A stretch of DNA of 64,000 nt from Candidatus Eiseniibacteriota bacterium (GTDB taxonomy: Bacteria > Eisenbacteria > RBG-16-71-46): positions 1,632,001 to 1,696,000 of the forward strand of contig OY970342.1 of assembly GCA_963717505.1 (NCBI GenBank), read 5' to 3'. Below are positions 28,333 through 38,390 of this stretch, piece by piece. Below the pieces are notes generated by a model. The model worked only from the letters and a program-made list of their open reading frames with translations, was not told the origin of the DNA and searched no databases. Positions within the stretch are counted from its first letter, which is position 1. Every line of letters begins with the position of its first letter. Position numbers and translations under genes: made by a program.

Positions 28333-29352
28333 ATGCGCCTGCATGTCGAGGTCAGGGTCCGACGCGGCGACATCGTCGAGTCGCGGCACCAGGTCGAGGT
28401 CGCTGCCGCGGACTCGGCGGGTGCCCCGATCGCGGGCACCGAGAATCCCGATCGGGTCACGACCTACCGCTCGTCCGCCAAGCCGTTCCAGTTGCTGCCC
28501 CTGGTCGAACGCGGACACGCCGAGCGTTGGGGATTCAGCGACCCGGAGTTGGCGGTGATGACGGCGTCGCACACCGGCAGCGCCGATCACCTTCGGCTGG
28601 TGCGTGGCATCCTCGATCGCCTCGGCCTCGGCGCCGCCGACCTGGCGTGCGGCTACCACGATCCCCTGGACCCCGAGGCACGCACCCGGCTGGCATCGCA
28701 TCCGGAAGAGGCGTCTCCGCTCTACAACAACTGTTCGGGCAAACACGCCGCGATGTTGTGCCTGGCCCTATCCGAGGGCTGGCCGGTGCGTGGCTACGAG
28801 CAACCCGAGCATCCGGTCCAGCAGCTCATGCGCCGAACCGTAGCCGAAGTCGCGGGGCTCTCCGCCGATGCCCTGAGTGTGGCGATCGACGGCTGCAACG
28901 TGCCGGTGTTCGCACTGCCGTTGTCGGCGATGGCTCGGTCCTATGCCCGGCTGGCTTCCGCTCACCCCGGATCGGATGCCCGCGAGGCTGCACTCGCGCG
29001 CATTCGAGGCGCTATGATCGCGCACCCCGAGGTGGTCGGCGGCGCCGGCCGATTCAGCACCGCGCTGATGCGCGCGACCTCGGGGATGGTGGTCGCCAAA
29101 GGTGGCGCCGAAGGCCTCGAGTGCGCCGGAGTGCCCGGGCGCGGACTCGGGCTCGCAATCAAGGTCCTGGATGGCGGCACTCGTGCGGTGGCGCCCGCGA
29201 TGGTGGCGGCTCTCGAGTGCCTCGGGCTCATCGACGCCGAGGCCCGCCGCGCCCTCGAGTCGGAAGCACGCCCGCCGATTCTCAATGCCGCAGGCCGCGT
29301 GGTCGGCAACCTCGAGGCCGTGGCCCGTGTGCCGGCGCACTCGACCCGCTGA
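28333..29352 (+). CDS. L-asparaginase II (Rhizobium-type) family protein
   Basis: RGDIVESRH, RSSAKPFQ, ASHTG, NNCSGKH, DGC, KGGAEG, KVLDG. Confidence 0.92.
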   Translation: MRLHVEVRVRRGDIVESRHQVEVAAADSAGAPIAGTENPDRVTTYRSSAKPFQLLPLVERGHAERWGFSDPELAVMTASHTGSADHLRLVRGILDRLGLGAADLACGYHDPLDPEARTRLASHPEEASPLYNNCSGKHAAMLCLALSEGWPVRGYEQPEHPVQQLMRRTVAEVAGLSADALSVAIDGCNVPVFALPLSAMARSYARLASAHPGSDAREAALARIRGAMIAHPEVVGGAGRFSTALMRATSGMVVAKGGAEGLECAGVPGRGLGLAIKVLDGGTRAVAPAMVAALECLGLIDAEARRALESEARPPILNAAGRVVGNLEAVARVPAHSTR

Positions 29353-31177
29353 CCTCGCGGCCTTCGGCCTGACCGCGGCGAGCGCGCTGCTGTTCGCGGC
29401 TCTCGCCGGGGCTCAGACGGCGTTGCCCGCGCGACTGGACCCGCGTCTCGAGAGTTTGCGGACCTCGTCCCAGGAGATTTCCGTTTGGGTCGTGTTCCGG
29501 GACAAGGGTCTGGCCGAGGGGGCCGAGCGCGCGCAGGCACTGGCTCGGGCCGAAGCGGCACTCACACCGCGAAATCTCGCGCGCCGACTCCGGGCGCGGG
29601 TGCAGCCGCTGGTCGACGATCGGGACCTGCCGGTCGCCGAGGCGAACCTGAACGTCTTGCGCGGATTCGGCCTCGAGCCGTATGCGGTCTCGCGTTGGCT
29701 GAACCGTGCTGCGGTGCGCATCTCCGGCCTGGGCCTCGATGCGCTGGTGCGTCTGCCCGGAGTCGCCGCAGTCACACCGGTCGCGCGCGTTCAGCGACAG
29801 ACGCCGCCCGTGGTCCGCGATGGGCACGGCGAGCTGTGGCCAACCTTCGGGCCCTCATCCGGACCCTCATTCGGATCCTTGGGGCCGGGGCTGGCGGCGC
29901 GCTCGAGCAGCGTCGATCACGGCCGGCTCGAGGCCGCGATCCGGCAGATCGGCGCGAGCGCACTTCACGACTCGGGCTACACCGGTGCCGGTGTCCTGGT
30001 CTGCGTGCTCGACGCCGGGTTCAACCGTCATGACACCCACGAGGCGCTGCGCGACCGCATTCCCGCGCCCGGCCACCGGCGCGACTTCGTCGAGGGCGAC
30101 AGCACGGTCACCGACACCACCACGGGGTTCCTGCTCAACCACGGCACCTGGGTGCTCGGGTGCCTCGCGGGGAACCGAGCCGGCGCCTACGTCGGTGCGG
30201 CACCCGGCGCGGATCTGGCTCTGGCGCGCACCGAGAACGAGTTCAGCGAAACACCCGCCGAGATGCTGTACTGGGCGCAGGGCGCCGAGTGGGCCGACAG
30301 CCTGGGAGCGGACCTCATCACTTCATCGCTCGGTTATTTCACCTTCGACGATCCGGCCCCCGACTACTCCTACGCCGACATGGACGGCCAAACCACCGAC
30401 GTCAGCCGCGCGGCCCAGATCGCGGCGAGCAAGGGAATCCTGCTGGTCAACTCGGTCGGCAACGAAGGCGCTTCGCTCTGGCACTACCTGATCGCGCCCG
30501 CCGACGTCGACGGGGACAGTCTGATTGCGGTCGGCTCCGTCGACGATTTGGGTGCGGTCGCGGCGTCCTCGTCGTTCGGGCCGTCGGCCGACGGCCGGAT
30601 CAAGCCCGATCTGGCGGCGCGAGGCGTGAACGTGCCCATTGTTTCGACGTCCGGGAACCCGACCGGTTATAGTTCCGCGTCCGGAACCTCGCTTGCGGCT
30701 CCATTGGTCGCCGGGCTCGCCGCCTGCCTGATGCAGGCGCGTCCGGGATGGAGTCCGCAGGAGCTGATCCGCGCGCTGCGCGAAACCGCCTCGCGGTCCA
30801 CGAATCCGGACATGCGGGTCGGTTTCGGCATTCCCAACGGGGCGCGGGCGGCGGGGCTTCCGGAACCGGAGTTCTCCGGAACCCTCGGGATTCGAACGGA
30901 AGGCGGCAACCCGTTCGCTCCCGAACGCGGCGATCTGCGGATTCGCTTCGGGATGTCCGCGGACGCCGCGGCCCGCTCGGTCCGGGTTCGCATCCACGAC
31001 AGCGCGGGTCGTGCGGTGCGCGCGCTCTGGTCGGGCGCGCTGATTCCAGGTTCAGTTGCGGAAGTCCCGTGGAACGGGCGGGACGACGACGGGCGCTCGC
31101 TGCCGCCGGGCGTCTATTGGGTGGCCGTGGCGGGTGACGGTGAAATCGCGAGCGCCCGCATCGTGCTGTTGAGGTGA
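29327..31177 (+). CDS. S8 subtilisin-like serine protease with FlgD/T9SS-CTD-like C-terminus
   Basis: Triad VLDAGF, HGT, SGTSLAAP; oxyanion VGNEG; C-terminal GNPF..IHDSAGRAVR..WNGRDDDGRSLPPGVY; start codon uncertain. Confidence 0.9.
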   Translation: MCRRTRPADLAAFGLTAASALLFAALAGAQTALPARLDPRLESLRTSSQEISVWVVFRDKGLAEGAERAQALARAEAALTPRNLARRLRARVQPLVDDRDLPVAEANLNVLRGFGLEPYAVSRWLNRAAVRISGLGLDALVRLPGVAAVTPVARVQRQTPPVVRDGHGELWPTFGPSSGPSFGSLGPGLAARSSSVDHGRLEAAIRQIGASALHDSGYTGAGVLVCVLDAGFNRHDTHEALRDRIPAPGHRRDFVEGDSTVTDTTTGFLLNHGTWVLGCLAGNRAGAYVGAAPGADLALARTENEFSETPAEMLYWAQGAEWADSLGADLITSSLGYFTFDDPAPDYSYADMDGQTTDVSRAAQIAASKGILLVNSVGNEGASLWHYLIAPADVDGDSLIAVGSVDDLGAVAASSSFGPSADGRIKPDLAARGVNVPIVSTSGNPTGYSSASGTSLAAPLVAGLAACLMQARPGWSPQELIRALRETASRSTNPDMRVGFGIPNGARAAGLPEPEFSGTLGIRTEGGNPFAPERGDLRIRFGMSADAAARSVRVRIHDSAGRAVRALWSGALIPGSVAEVPWNGRDDDGRSLPPGVYWVAVAGDGEIASARIVLLR

Positions 31178-31199
31178 CTCAGTGATGGAGTTTCATACG

Positions 31200-32567
31200 A
31201 TGAAAGTTCGGCGGTTCTCGGCGGTGGTTGCGATGCTGACCATCGCCCTCGCGACATTGCCCCCGGGGTCTCCCGCCTTCGCTGCCGATTCCCCGGCCAA
31301 GCCCAAGATCCAGAAGTCGCGACTCGGGAACGGGCTCGAAGTGCTGCTCGCGCCGGACCCCGCGGCCATGGGCGCTGACATCGCCCTGTGGTATCGCGCC
31401 GGCTCGGCCTACGAGCCGCCCGGTGCCTCCGGAATCTCGCACCTGCTCGAACGCATGACCTTCCGGGCTTCCACCGACTCGGCGCACGACTACCGGCGCC
31501 TCCTGCTCGCCGAGGGCGCGACCGCCAGCACCTCGACGACGCCGGACTTCACGAGCTTCTTCGCCACCGTTCCCACCGAGGCAGTGGCGCTCGCGATCAG
31601 GCTGACGGCCGAGCGCATGGCCGCGGGCCCATTCGACCAGGCGGCGTTCGACCGCGAGCGCGAGTTCGTTCAGCGCGAGCGAGACAATTTCGTGGAAACC
31701 AATCCCGTCGGCCGCTCGGTGGAGCGGTTGTTTGCGGCCGCCTATCCGGGCCACGGCTACGGCCGTCCGGTGCTGGGCGCCGAGTCCGACCTTGCCGCTG
31801 CCACGCTCGAGCAGGTTCAAGCCTATCGACGCGAACGCTACGTGCCCGAGAACGCGGTGCTCACGGTGACCGGACGCTTCGATCCCAAGGCCGCACTCGC
31901 CGCGATTCGCGAATCGTTCGGCGTGCTCGGGCGCGGCGCGCGCACGACGGCCGTCGTCGCCGCCGAGCCGGCTTCACCCGAGGCGCGCTCCGAGGGCACG
32001 GTTCCGGGTCGATTCTCGCTTCTGCTCGCCGGCTGGCGTGGGCCCGCAGGCAACGACCGGGCGTTGCCGGCGATGAACGTGGTGGCGGAGATCCTGGGGG
32101 ATCCGGCCGCCGGCCGGCTCCAACGCGAGCTGACCGGACCGGGGAAGCCATTCCTGCAGGTTCGGGCCGCCTACGACGGCCTACGGGCGGCGTCCCTGTT
32201 CTACGCGTACGCGATCCCGGCGCCCGGCGTCGAGATGGCATTCGCGGAATCGGCGCTGGTCCGGGTCGTCGAGTCTCTGGCCGCGGAAACCGCCGGCGAC
32301 ACCGAGCTCGCGGCCGCTCGCGCGGGGCTCGAGCTGCGTTGGCGTTCTGATCTGCAGACGGTTCGTGGGCGTGCGCTGGCGCTCGGGACCGGCACGCTGA
32401 CCGGCGGCGACCCGGAAGCCGCGTGGAAACAAATTCAAGGATTGCAGACGTTGACTCCGGCGGCCGTGCAGCAGGCGGCGCAGAAGTTCCTGATCCCGGG
32501 GCGACGCGCGATCGTGACCTTGACGGCCGAGTCGCCGATGCCGGCAGGCGATGGAGAGCAACGATGA
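31200..32567 (+). CDS. M16 family peptidase subunit (HxxER variant)
   Basis: LGNGLEV, WYRAGS.YE..G.SGISHLLERM, YVPENAVLTVTG; signal peptide; RBS GGAG before ATG 31200. Confidence 0.88.
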   Translation: MKVRRFSAVVAMLTIALATLPPGSPAFAADSPAKPKIQKSRLGNGLEVLLAPDPAAMGADIALWYRAGSAYEPPGASGISHLLERMTFRASTDSAHDYRRLLLAEGATASTSTTPDFTSFFATVPTEAVALAIRLTAERMAAGPFDQAAFDREREFVQRERDNFVETNPVGRSVERLFAAAYPGHGYGRPVLGAESDLAAATLEQVQAYRRERYVPENAVLTVTGRFDPKAALAAIRESFGVLGRGARTTAVVAAEPASPEARSEGTVPGRFSLLLAGWRGPAGNDRALPAMNVVAEILGDPAAGRLQRELTGPGKPFLQVRAAYDGLRAASLFYAYAIPAPGVEMAFAESALVRVVESLAAETAGDTELAAARAGLELRWRSDLQTVRGRALALGTGTLTGGDPEAAWKQIQGLQTLTPAAVQQAAQKFLIPGRRAIVTLTAESPMPAGDGEQR

Positions 32568-34630
32568 AGCCGGCGAGAATCCCGGGCCCACTGGCCACGA
32601 CACTGCTGCTGGTGGCTCTTGCGGTCGATTCCGGCCACTCGGCAGGAGCGCCGGCCGCGCCCATCGTGCGAACACTCGCGAGCGGTCTCCAAGTCGCGGT
32701 CTTGCCGGTCCGGGGCAGCGGCCTGGTGCACGTCGAATTGAGATCCCCGGCCGGCCTGATCAGTCAGCCCCGGGGCCAGGAAGGTGTCGCTCACCTGACC
32801 GCGGAGATGCTGCGCCGCGGAACGACGACCCGCGATGCCGCGACGTTCGCGGCCGAGCTGGATCGCACCGGCGGCGAGCTGGTCGCCAGTGTCGGGCGCG
32901 ACTTCGCAACGCTGGGCGGAACGTTCTTCGCTCGCGATCTCGGGCAGGCGATCGAGTTGATGAGCGATGCGGTTCGTTTTCCTCGCTTCGATGAAGAACA
33001 GCTGCGCGGCGCGATGCGGGGCGCGATCCGCCAACTCGCGTTCCAGGAGCAGCCGGCGCCGGCGGCGGACGCCCAGGTGTTGCGTTCGCTGTTCAACGAT
33101 CATCCCTACGCGCAGCCGGTCGTCGGCCAGCCCGAAGCCCTGCTGCGGCTGACCCGGGACCAGGTGGCTGCCTTCCATGTCGCGCGCTGGTCGCTCTCGG
33201 GTTGCGTATTGATGGTCGCTGGCGATGTCGACGCCGAACCGGCCTTTTCGGCGGCCGAAACCTGGTTCGGCGCCGCGCAGGCGGGGGCCGACCCGCTGCC
33301 GTCTCGAAGCCCCGTGGGTCCGCCGTCCGGTACTCGAGTCGTTATCGTCGACCGGGCAATCCCGCGCGCCGAGATCCGGATTGCGTGGTTGGCTCCCGCG
33401 CGCGGTGCTGCGGAGGAGCCGGCCATGCTGATCGCCAACGCTCTGTACGGGGGGCCACCCGCCGCTCGCCCGGACGGAGAACGGCTGCGGTTCGGCCGCG
33501 AGCTGCGCACCGGGTATCTCAACCTGCGCGACGCTGGAGTCTTCACGGTCGCCGCGACCGCCCCGTTCGGATCGGCGAGCGAGGCCGTGAACCTGCTGCT
33601 GCGCGACGCCTCGGCGCTACATCGCATCAGCCCCGGCCCGGATTTCGAACAGGCCCGCCGCATGCTCCGGCAATCGCTGCCCCTCCAGCACGAGACGCTG
33701 GCTCAAGTGGCCGCCTCGTGGCTGGCCGCCCACTTCTACGGTCAGCCCACGGATATCGTCGCTCACTACCGGGCGCAACTGGATGGGGTCACCGCCGAGA
33801 CGGTCGGCGAGGCCGCGGCACGCTGGCTCGATCCGGCGCGCGCGGTGATCGTGGTGGTCGGGCCCGCGGTCGACCTCGAGGCGGCACTCCGCCACTTCGG
33901 TCCGGTCGAGGTCCTGCGTCCCAGCGCGACCGCGCCGTCCCCGCCGGTCGCGGAACCGAGTGCAGCGGATCAGACCCGCGGGCGCCAGCTCGTGGCGAAG
34001 GCGATTCGCGCTCACGGCGGCGCCTCGCGGCTCTCGAAGATCCGCGATTCATGGATCGACGCCGACATCACGCTCAATGTCGGGGGCCAGCGTATGGAAG
34101 GGACGATGACCCAGGTGCGCCGCGAGCCGTTCCAGATGGTGATGGTGACCGAGGTCGGCGGGGTCGCGTCGCGCCAAACGCTCGCCGGCCAGCGCGGGTG
34201 GCGCATCGCGACCGACGACTCCGTGGCCAGCGACCTCGACAGCCTGGCCGTGTCCGGACTGCGCGCCGGATTCACCGCCGATCTGCCCCACCTGCTCCTG
34301 GCCGGTCAGGATTCCCGTTCCCGCGTCTACTCGGCGGGCAGCGAGCCCTGGGGGGGCGTTGACGCTCTGGCGGTGGTGGTAGAGGCTCCCGGCGAGCCCT
34401 CGCGCACGCTCTACTTCCATCCGGAATCCGGCGGCCTGCTCGGGTTCGATCAGGGCGAGATCACGGGCGCCGTGGTGCGGCGGCGCTACAGCGATCTGCG
34501 AACCGTGTCGGACATCCTGTGGCCGCATCGCGAAGAGCGACAACTCGAAGGTGAGACCATGATGACGGTTCGCGTCCGTTCGGTGAGAATCAACACCAAG
34601 CCGGCGGACGATTTGTTCGCGAAGCCCTGA
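32564..34630 (+). CDS. M16 family non-catalytic subunit fused to a C-terminal beta-rich domain
   Basis: LASGLQV, GVAHLTAEMLRRGT, HPYAQP, LMVAGD; C-terminal AHGG..YSDLRTVSDILWP..INTKPADDLF module. Confidence 0.82.
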   Translation: MKPARIPGPLATTLLLVALAVDSGHSAGAPAAPIVRTLASGLQVAVLPVRGSGLVHVELRSPAGLISQPRGQEGVAHLTAEMLRRGTTTRDAATFAAELDRTGGELVASVGRDFATLGGTFFARDLGQAIELMSDAVRFPRFDEEQLRGAMRGAIRQLAFQEQPAPAADAQVLRSLFNDHPYAQPVVGQPEALLRLTRDQVAAFHVARWSLSGCVLMVAGDVDAEPAFSAAETWFGAAQAGADPLPSRSPVGPPSGTRVVIVDRAIPRAEIRIAWLAPARGAAEEPAMLIANALYGGPPAARPDGERLRFGRELRTGYLNLRDAGVFTVAATAPFGSASEAVNLLLRDASALHRISPGPDFEQARRMLRQSLPLQHETLAQVAASWLAAHFYGQPTDIVAHYRAQLDGVTAETVGEAAARWLDPARAVIVVVGPAVDLEAALRHFGPVEVLRPSATAPSPPVAEPSAADQTRGRQLVAKAIRAHGGASRLSKIRDSWIDADITLNVGGQRMEGTMTQVRREPFQMVMVTEVGGVASRQTLAGQRGWRIATDDSVASDLDSLAVSGLRAGFTADLPHLLLAGQDSRSRVYSAGSEPWGGVDALAVVVEAPGEPSRTLYFHPESGGLLGFDQGEITGAVVRRRYSDLRTVSDILWPHREERQLEGETMMTVRVRSVRINTKPADDLFAKP

Positions 34631-34694
34631 GTCCTCGAAGGTGTCGCGGCGCGAGTGGCGCCGCACTGCCGGAGCGCCGGGAGACCGCCGTTCC

Positions 34695-37586
34695 ATGGAG
34701 AACGCCGTGACCGAGACGACGACGATGCCGGCGGCCGAAAAGTCCCAGACGGCCGCGACCCCGTGGATCTACTTCTTCGGCGACGGGGGCGCGGAAGGTG
34801 GGGCGAACCTGCGCGACCTGCTGGGCGGCAAGGGCGCCGGGCTCGCGGAAATGACCAACGCCGGCGTGCCGGTCCCCCCGGGCTTCACGATCACGACCGA
34901 GGTCTGTCGCTGGTACTACCGCCACGACCGGCAGCTGCCGCCCGACTTTCGCGGCCAGCAGACCGCGGCACTCGAGCGCCTCGAGCGCGTGATGGGGCGC
35001 AAGCTCGGCGAGGCCAAGCATCCGCTGCTGGTTTCCGTGCGCTCGGGCGCCAAGTTCTCGATGCCGGGCATGATGGACACCATTCTGAACCTGGGGCTCA
35101 ACGACGCCTCGGTCGCCGGGCTCGCCCGAGCCACCGGCAACGAGCGGTTCGCGTGGGATTGCTACCGCCGCTTCATCCAGATGTTCGCGGCGGTGGTCCT
35201 CGATTTCGAGAAGCGCGAGTTCGAGCACGCGATCGAGAAACTCAAGCAGCGGCGGCGCGTGCGGCTCGACACCGAGCTCGACACCGCCGACTTGAAGTCG
35301 CTGGTCGCCCGGTTCAAGCAGCTGGTCCGGCAGCGGTCGGGGGCCGACTTCCCCCAGGACCCGATCGAACAACTCGCGCGCGCTCGTGACGCTGTGTTCC
35401 GTTCGTGGAACAACGATCGCGCGGTGTACTACCGGCGCCAGAACCGGATCCCCGACGATCTCGGCACGGCGGTCAACGTCCAGGCCATGGTGTTCGGCAA
35501 CCTGGGCGAAACCTCGGGCACCGGGGTCGGGTTCACGCGTAACCCGTCGACCGGCGAGAACCACTTCTATGGCGAATACCTGACCAACGCCCAGGGCGAG
35601 GACGTGGTCGCCGGCGTGCGCACGCCGCAGCCGATTGAAACCCTGGCGGCGGCAATGCCCGACGTCTACCGGCAGCTCCACGACATCACCAAGCGCCTCG
35701 AGCGCCACTACCGCGACATCCAGGACTTCGAGTTCACGATCCAGGAGGGACGGCTGTTCCTGCTGCAGACGCGCACCGGCAAGCGCACGGCCCAGGCGGC
35801 GGTGCGAATCGCGGTCGAAATGGTCAAGGAAGGCCTGATCAGCGCCGACGAAGCCGTGCTCCGGGTCGAGCCCGCGAGCCTCGACCAGTTGCTGCACCCG
35901 CGCTTCGATCCCAAGGCGCGCACGACCGTGGTCGCCGCCGGGCTCGCCGCGTCTCCGGGTGCGGCGGTCGGTCGCGCCGTGTTCGACGCCGACACCGCTG
36001 CCGAGCGGGGACCGCGCGAACCGGTGATCCTGGTGCGCAAGGAGACCACGCCCGACGACATCCACGGCATGGACGCGGCACGCGGCATCCTGACGTCGAC
36101 CGGTGGACTCACCAGCCACGCCGCGGTGGTCGCGCGCGGCATGGGTAAGCCGTGCGTGTGCGGTGCTGCCGAGGTCCAGGTTCAGGAGCACGCGCGGGCG
36201 TGCACGATCGGCGGACAGTCGGTGCGCGAAGGCGACTGGATCGCGATCGATGGCTCGACCGGCAAAGTCATGCTCGGGCAGGTGCCGACCATCGAGGCCA
36301 AGGTCAGCGGCGAGTTCGGTGAATTCATGGCCCTCGCCGACCGCGTCCGGCGGCTCAAAGTGCGAACCAATGCCGATACGCCGAAGGACGCTCGGAAGGC
36401 GATCGAGTTCGGCGCCGAGGGCATTGGGCTCTGCCGTTCGGAGCACATGTTCTTCGGCGAGGAACGGGTGCCGGTGGTGGTGCGCATGATCCTGCTGGCG
36501 CCCGAGATCAAGGCCGGCCGGGCTCGACTGGCGACACTCGAACGGTCGCTGGCCGAGGAAACGCAACCGGCCGCTCAGCGCCGCGTGCGCGCCGAATTCG
36601 TCGCGGCCAAGCGCGCCCTGGCGAAGCCGGCGGCCGAGTATCGGGCGGTCATCGCCAAGCTCGAACGGATGCAGCGGGCCGACTACCGGGGGATCTTCAA
36701 GGCCATGGACGGCTACCCGGTCACCATTCGCACGCTCGATCCGCCGCTCCACGAGTTCCTGCCCAAGCGCGAGCAGCTGATGCTCGACCTGGTGCGGCTG
36801 CCGCGCGCGACGGCGGTCCAGAAGAAGGCGATGGCCCGGCAATACCGTATGCCGGTGGCGCGCCTGCGCACCGGACTGCCGGTGCTGCTCCAGCGCGTCG
36901 AGGAACTGCACGAATTCAACCCGATGCTCGGACATCGCGGCTGCCGGCTCGGCATCACGTATCCCGAGATCACCGACATGCAGGTGCGCGCCATCTTCGA
37001 GGCCGCGTGTGACGCCGCCGGTCAGGGCGCGCGCGTGCTGCCCGAGATCATGATCCCGTTGGTCGGCATGGTGGAGGAGCTGCGCGACCAGGCGGCTCGC
37101 GTGCGCGAGGTCGCCGAAGCGGTGCTGGCGAAGCGCGGCCAGCGCGTCGAGTACCTGGTCGGTACGATGATCGAGGTGCCGCGCGCCGCGATCACCGCGG
37201 ACCGCATCGCGGTTGAAGCCGAGTTCTTCTCGTTCGGCACCAACGACCTGACCCAGATGACTCTCGGATTCTCGCGTGACGACGCGGGGCGCTTCCTGCC
37301 GGAGTACGTCGAGCGCAAGATCCTGCCCAGCGACCCGTTCGTCTCGATCGATGCTCCCGGGGTCGGCGTGCTGATGCAGTGGGCGGTCGAACGTGGCCGC
37401 GGCGCGCGGCCCGGTCTCAAGATCGGCATCTGCGGCGAACACGGCGGCGACCCGGCGAGCGTCGAGCTCTGTCACGAGCTGGGACTCGACTACGTGTCGT
37501 GCTCGCCGTACCGCGTGCCGATCGCACGCCTGGCGGCCGCCCAGGTCGCCGTGCGCGGCAAAGCGGCGGGCAGCGACCAGCGGTGA
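34695..37586 (+). CDS. ppdK: Pyruvate, phosphate dikinase
   Basis: LLGGKGAGLAEM, SVRSGA..SMPGMMDT, GGLTSHAAVVARG (phospho-His), NPMLGHRGCR, GTNDLTQ, GICGEHGGDP. Confidence 0.98.
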   Translation: MENAVTETTTMPAAEKSQTAATPWIYFFGDGGAEGGANLRDLLGGKGAGLAEMTNAGVPVPPGFTITTEVCRWYYRHDRQLPPDFRGQQTAALERLERVMGRKLGEAKHPLLVSVRSGAKFSMPGMMDTILNLGLNDASVAGLARATGNERFAWDCYRRFIQMFAAVVLDFEKREFEHAIEKLKQRRRVRLDTELDTADLKSLVARFKQLVRQRSGADFPQDPIEQLARARDAVFRSWNNDRAVYYRRQNRIPDDLGTAVNVQAMVFGNLGETSGTGVGFTRNPSTGENHFYGEYLTNAQGEDVVAGVRTPQPIETLAAAMPDVYRQLHDITKRLERHYRDIQDFEFTIQEGRLFLLQTRTGKRTAQAAVRIAVEMVKEGLISADEAVLRVEPASLDQLLHPRFDPKARTTVVAAGLAASPGAAVGRAVFDADTAAERGPREPVILVRKETTPDDIHGMDAARGILTSTGGLTSHAAVVARGMGKPCVCGAAEVQVQEHARACTIGGQSVREGDWIAIDGSTGKVMLGQVPTIEAKVSGEFGEFMALADRVRRLKVRTNADTPKDARKAIEFGAEGIGLCRSEHMFFGEERVPVVVRMILLAPEIKAGRARLATLERSLAEETQPAAQRRVRAEFVAAKRALAKPAAEYRAVIAKLERMQRADYRGIFKAMDGYPVTIRTLDPPLHEFLPKREQLMLDLVRLPRATAVQKKAMARQYRMPVARLRTGLPVLLQRVEELHEFNPMLGHRGCRLGITYPEITDMQVRAIFEAACDAAGQGARVLPEIMIPLVGMVEELRDQAARVREVAEAVLAKRGQRVEYLVGTMIEVPRAAITADRIAVEAEFFSFGTNDLTQMTLGFSRDDAGRFLPEYVERKILPSDPFVSIDAPGVGVLMQWAVERGRGARPGLKIGICGEHGGDPASVELCHELGLDYVSCSPYRVPIARLAAAQVAVRGKAAGSDQR

Positions 37587-38380
37587 CCGGCGTGGTCCCG
37601 CGGGCGCCCCGGGCCCCGCAGGACCTCGCGCGCGAAGGCGAGCGCGCCTCCGGATCGTCGACTCGAGACGATGGCGCGCTGTCGGTCGCGGTCCTGATCC
37701 CCGCGCTCGACGAAGAGGCCGCGTTGCCGCAGGTGATCGCGTCGCTGCCGCGCTCGGGCGCGGGTTTCTGGCTGCGCGAGATCGTCGTCGCCGACAATGC
37801 ATCGGCCGATCGCACCGCCGCGGTGGCGCGCGCGGCGGGGGCGACGGTGGTTCACGAGGCGCGGCGCGGCTACGGTGCCGCCTGCCTGGCCGCGATCGCT
37901 CACCTCGAACGCGATCCGCCGGCGATCGTCGCGTTTCTCGACGCCGACGGCAGCAGCGATCCCGCCGAGCTGCCGTCGGTGCTCGCTCCGATCCTCGAGG
38001 GGAGGGCCGACCTGGTGGTCGGATCCCGAGTCCTCGGAACATCCGAGCCGGGATCGCTCACGCACGTCCAGCGCTTCGGCAACCGGCTGGCGTCGTCTCT
38101 GCTGCGCGTGCTGTTCGGCGGCGATTCCACCGACCTCGGCCCGTTTCGCGCGCTGCGCTGGCAATCCCTGGCCGGGCTGGGCATGCGCGACCGTGATTAC
38201 GGCTGGACGGTCGAGATGCAAGCGCGCGCGATGCGCGCACGGTGGAACTGCGTCGAGGTGCCGGTCGAATGGCGGCGACGCCAGGGCGGCACGTCGAAGG
38301 TCTCAGGCACGTGGCGCGGCGCCGTGGGAGCCGGAACCAAGATTCTGTGGACGATCGCCCGCGTCCGCCTGGGTGGATGA
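37583..38380 (+). CDS. Glycosyltransferase family 2 (DPM-synthase-like)
   Basis: IPALDEE, ADNASADRT, RGYGAAC, FLDADGS, TDLGPFRA, YGWTVEMQ, SKVSGT. Confidence 0.92.
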   Translation: MTGVVPRAPRAPQDLAREGERASGSSTRDDGALSVAVLIPALDEEAALPQVIASLPRSGAGFWLREIVVADNASADRTAAVARAAGATVVHEARRGYGAACLAAIAHLERDPPAIVAFLDADGSSDPAELPSVLAPILEGRADLVVGSRVLGTSEPGSLTHVQRFGNRLASSLLRVLFGGDSTDLGPFRALRWQSLAGLGMRDRDYGWTVEMQARAMRARWNCVEVPVEWRRRQGGTSKVSGTWRGAVGAGTKILWTIARVRLGG

Positions 38381-38390
38381 GCGGCGCCGA

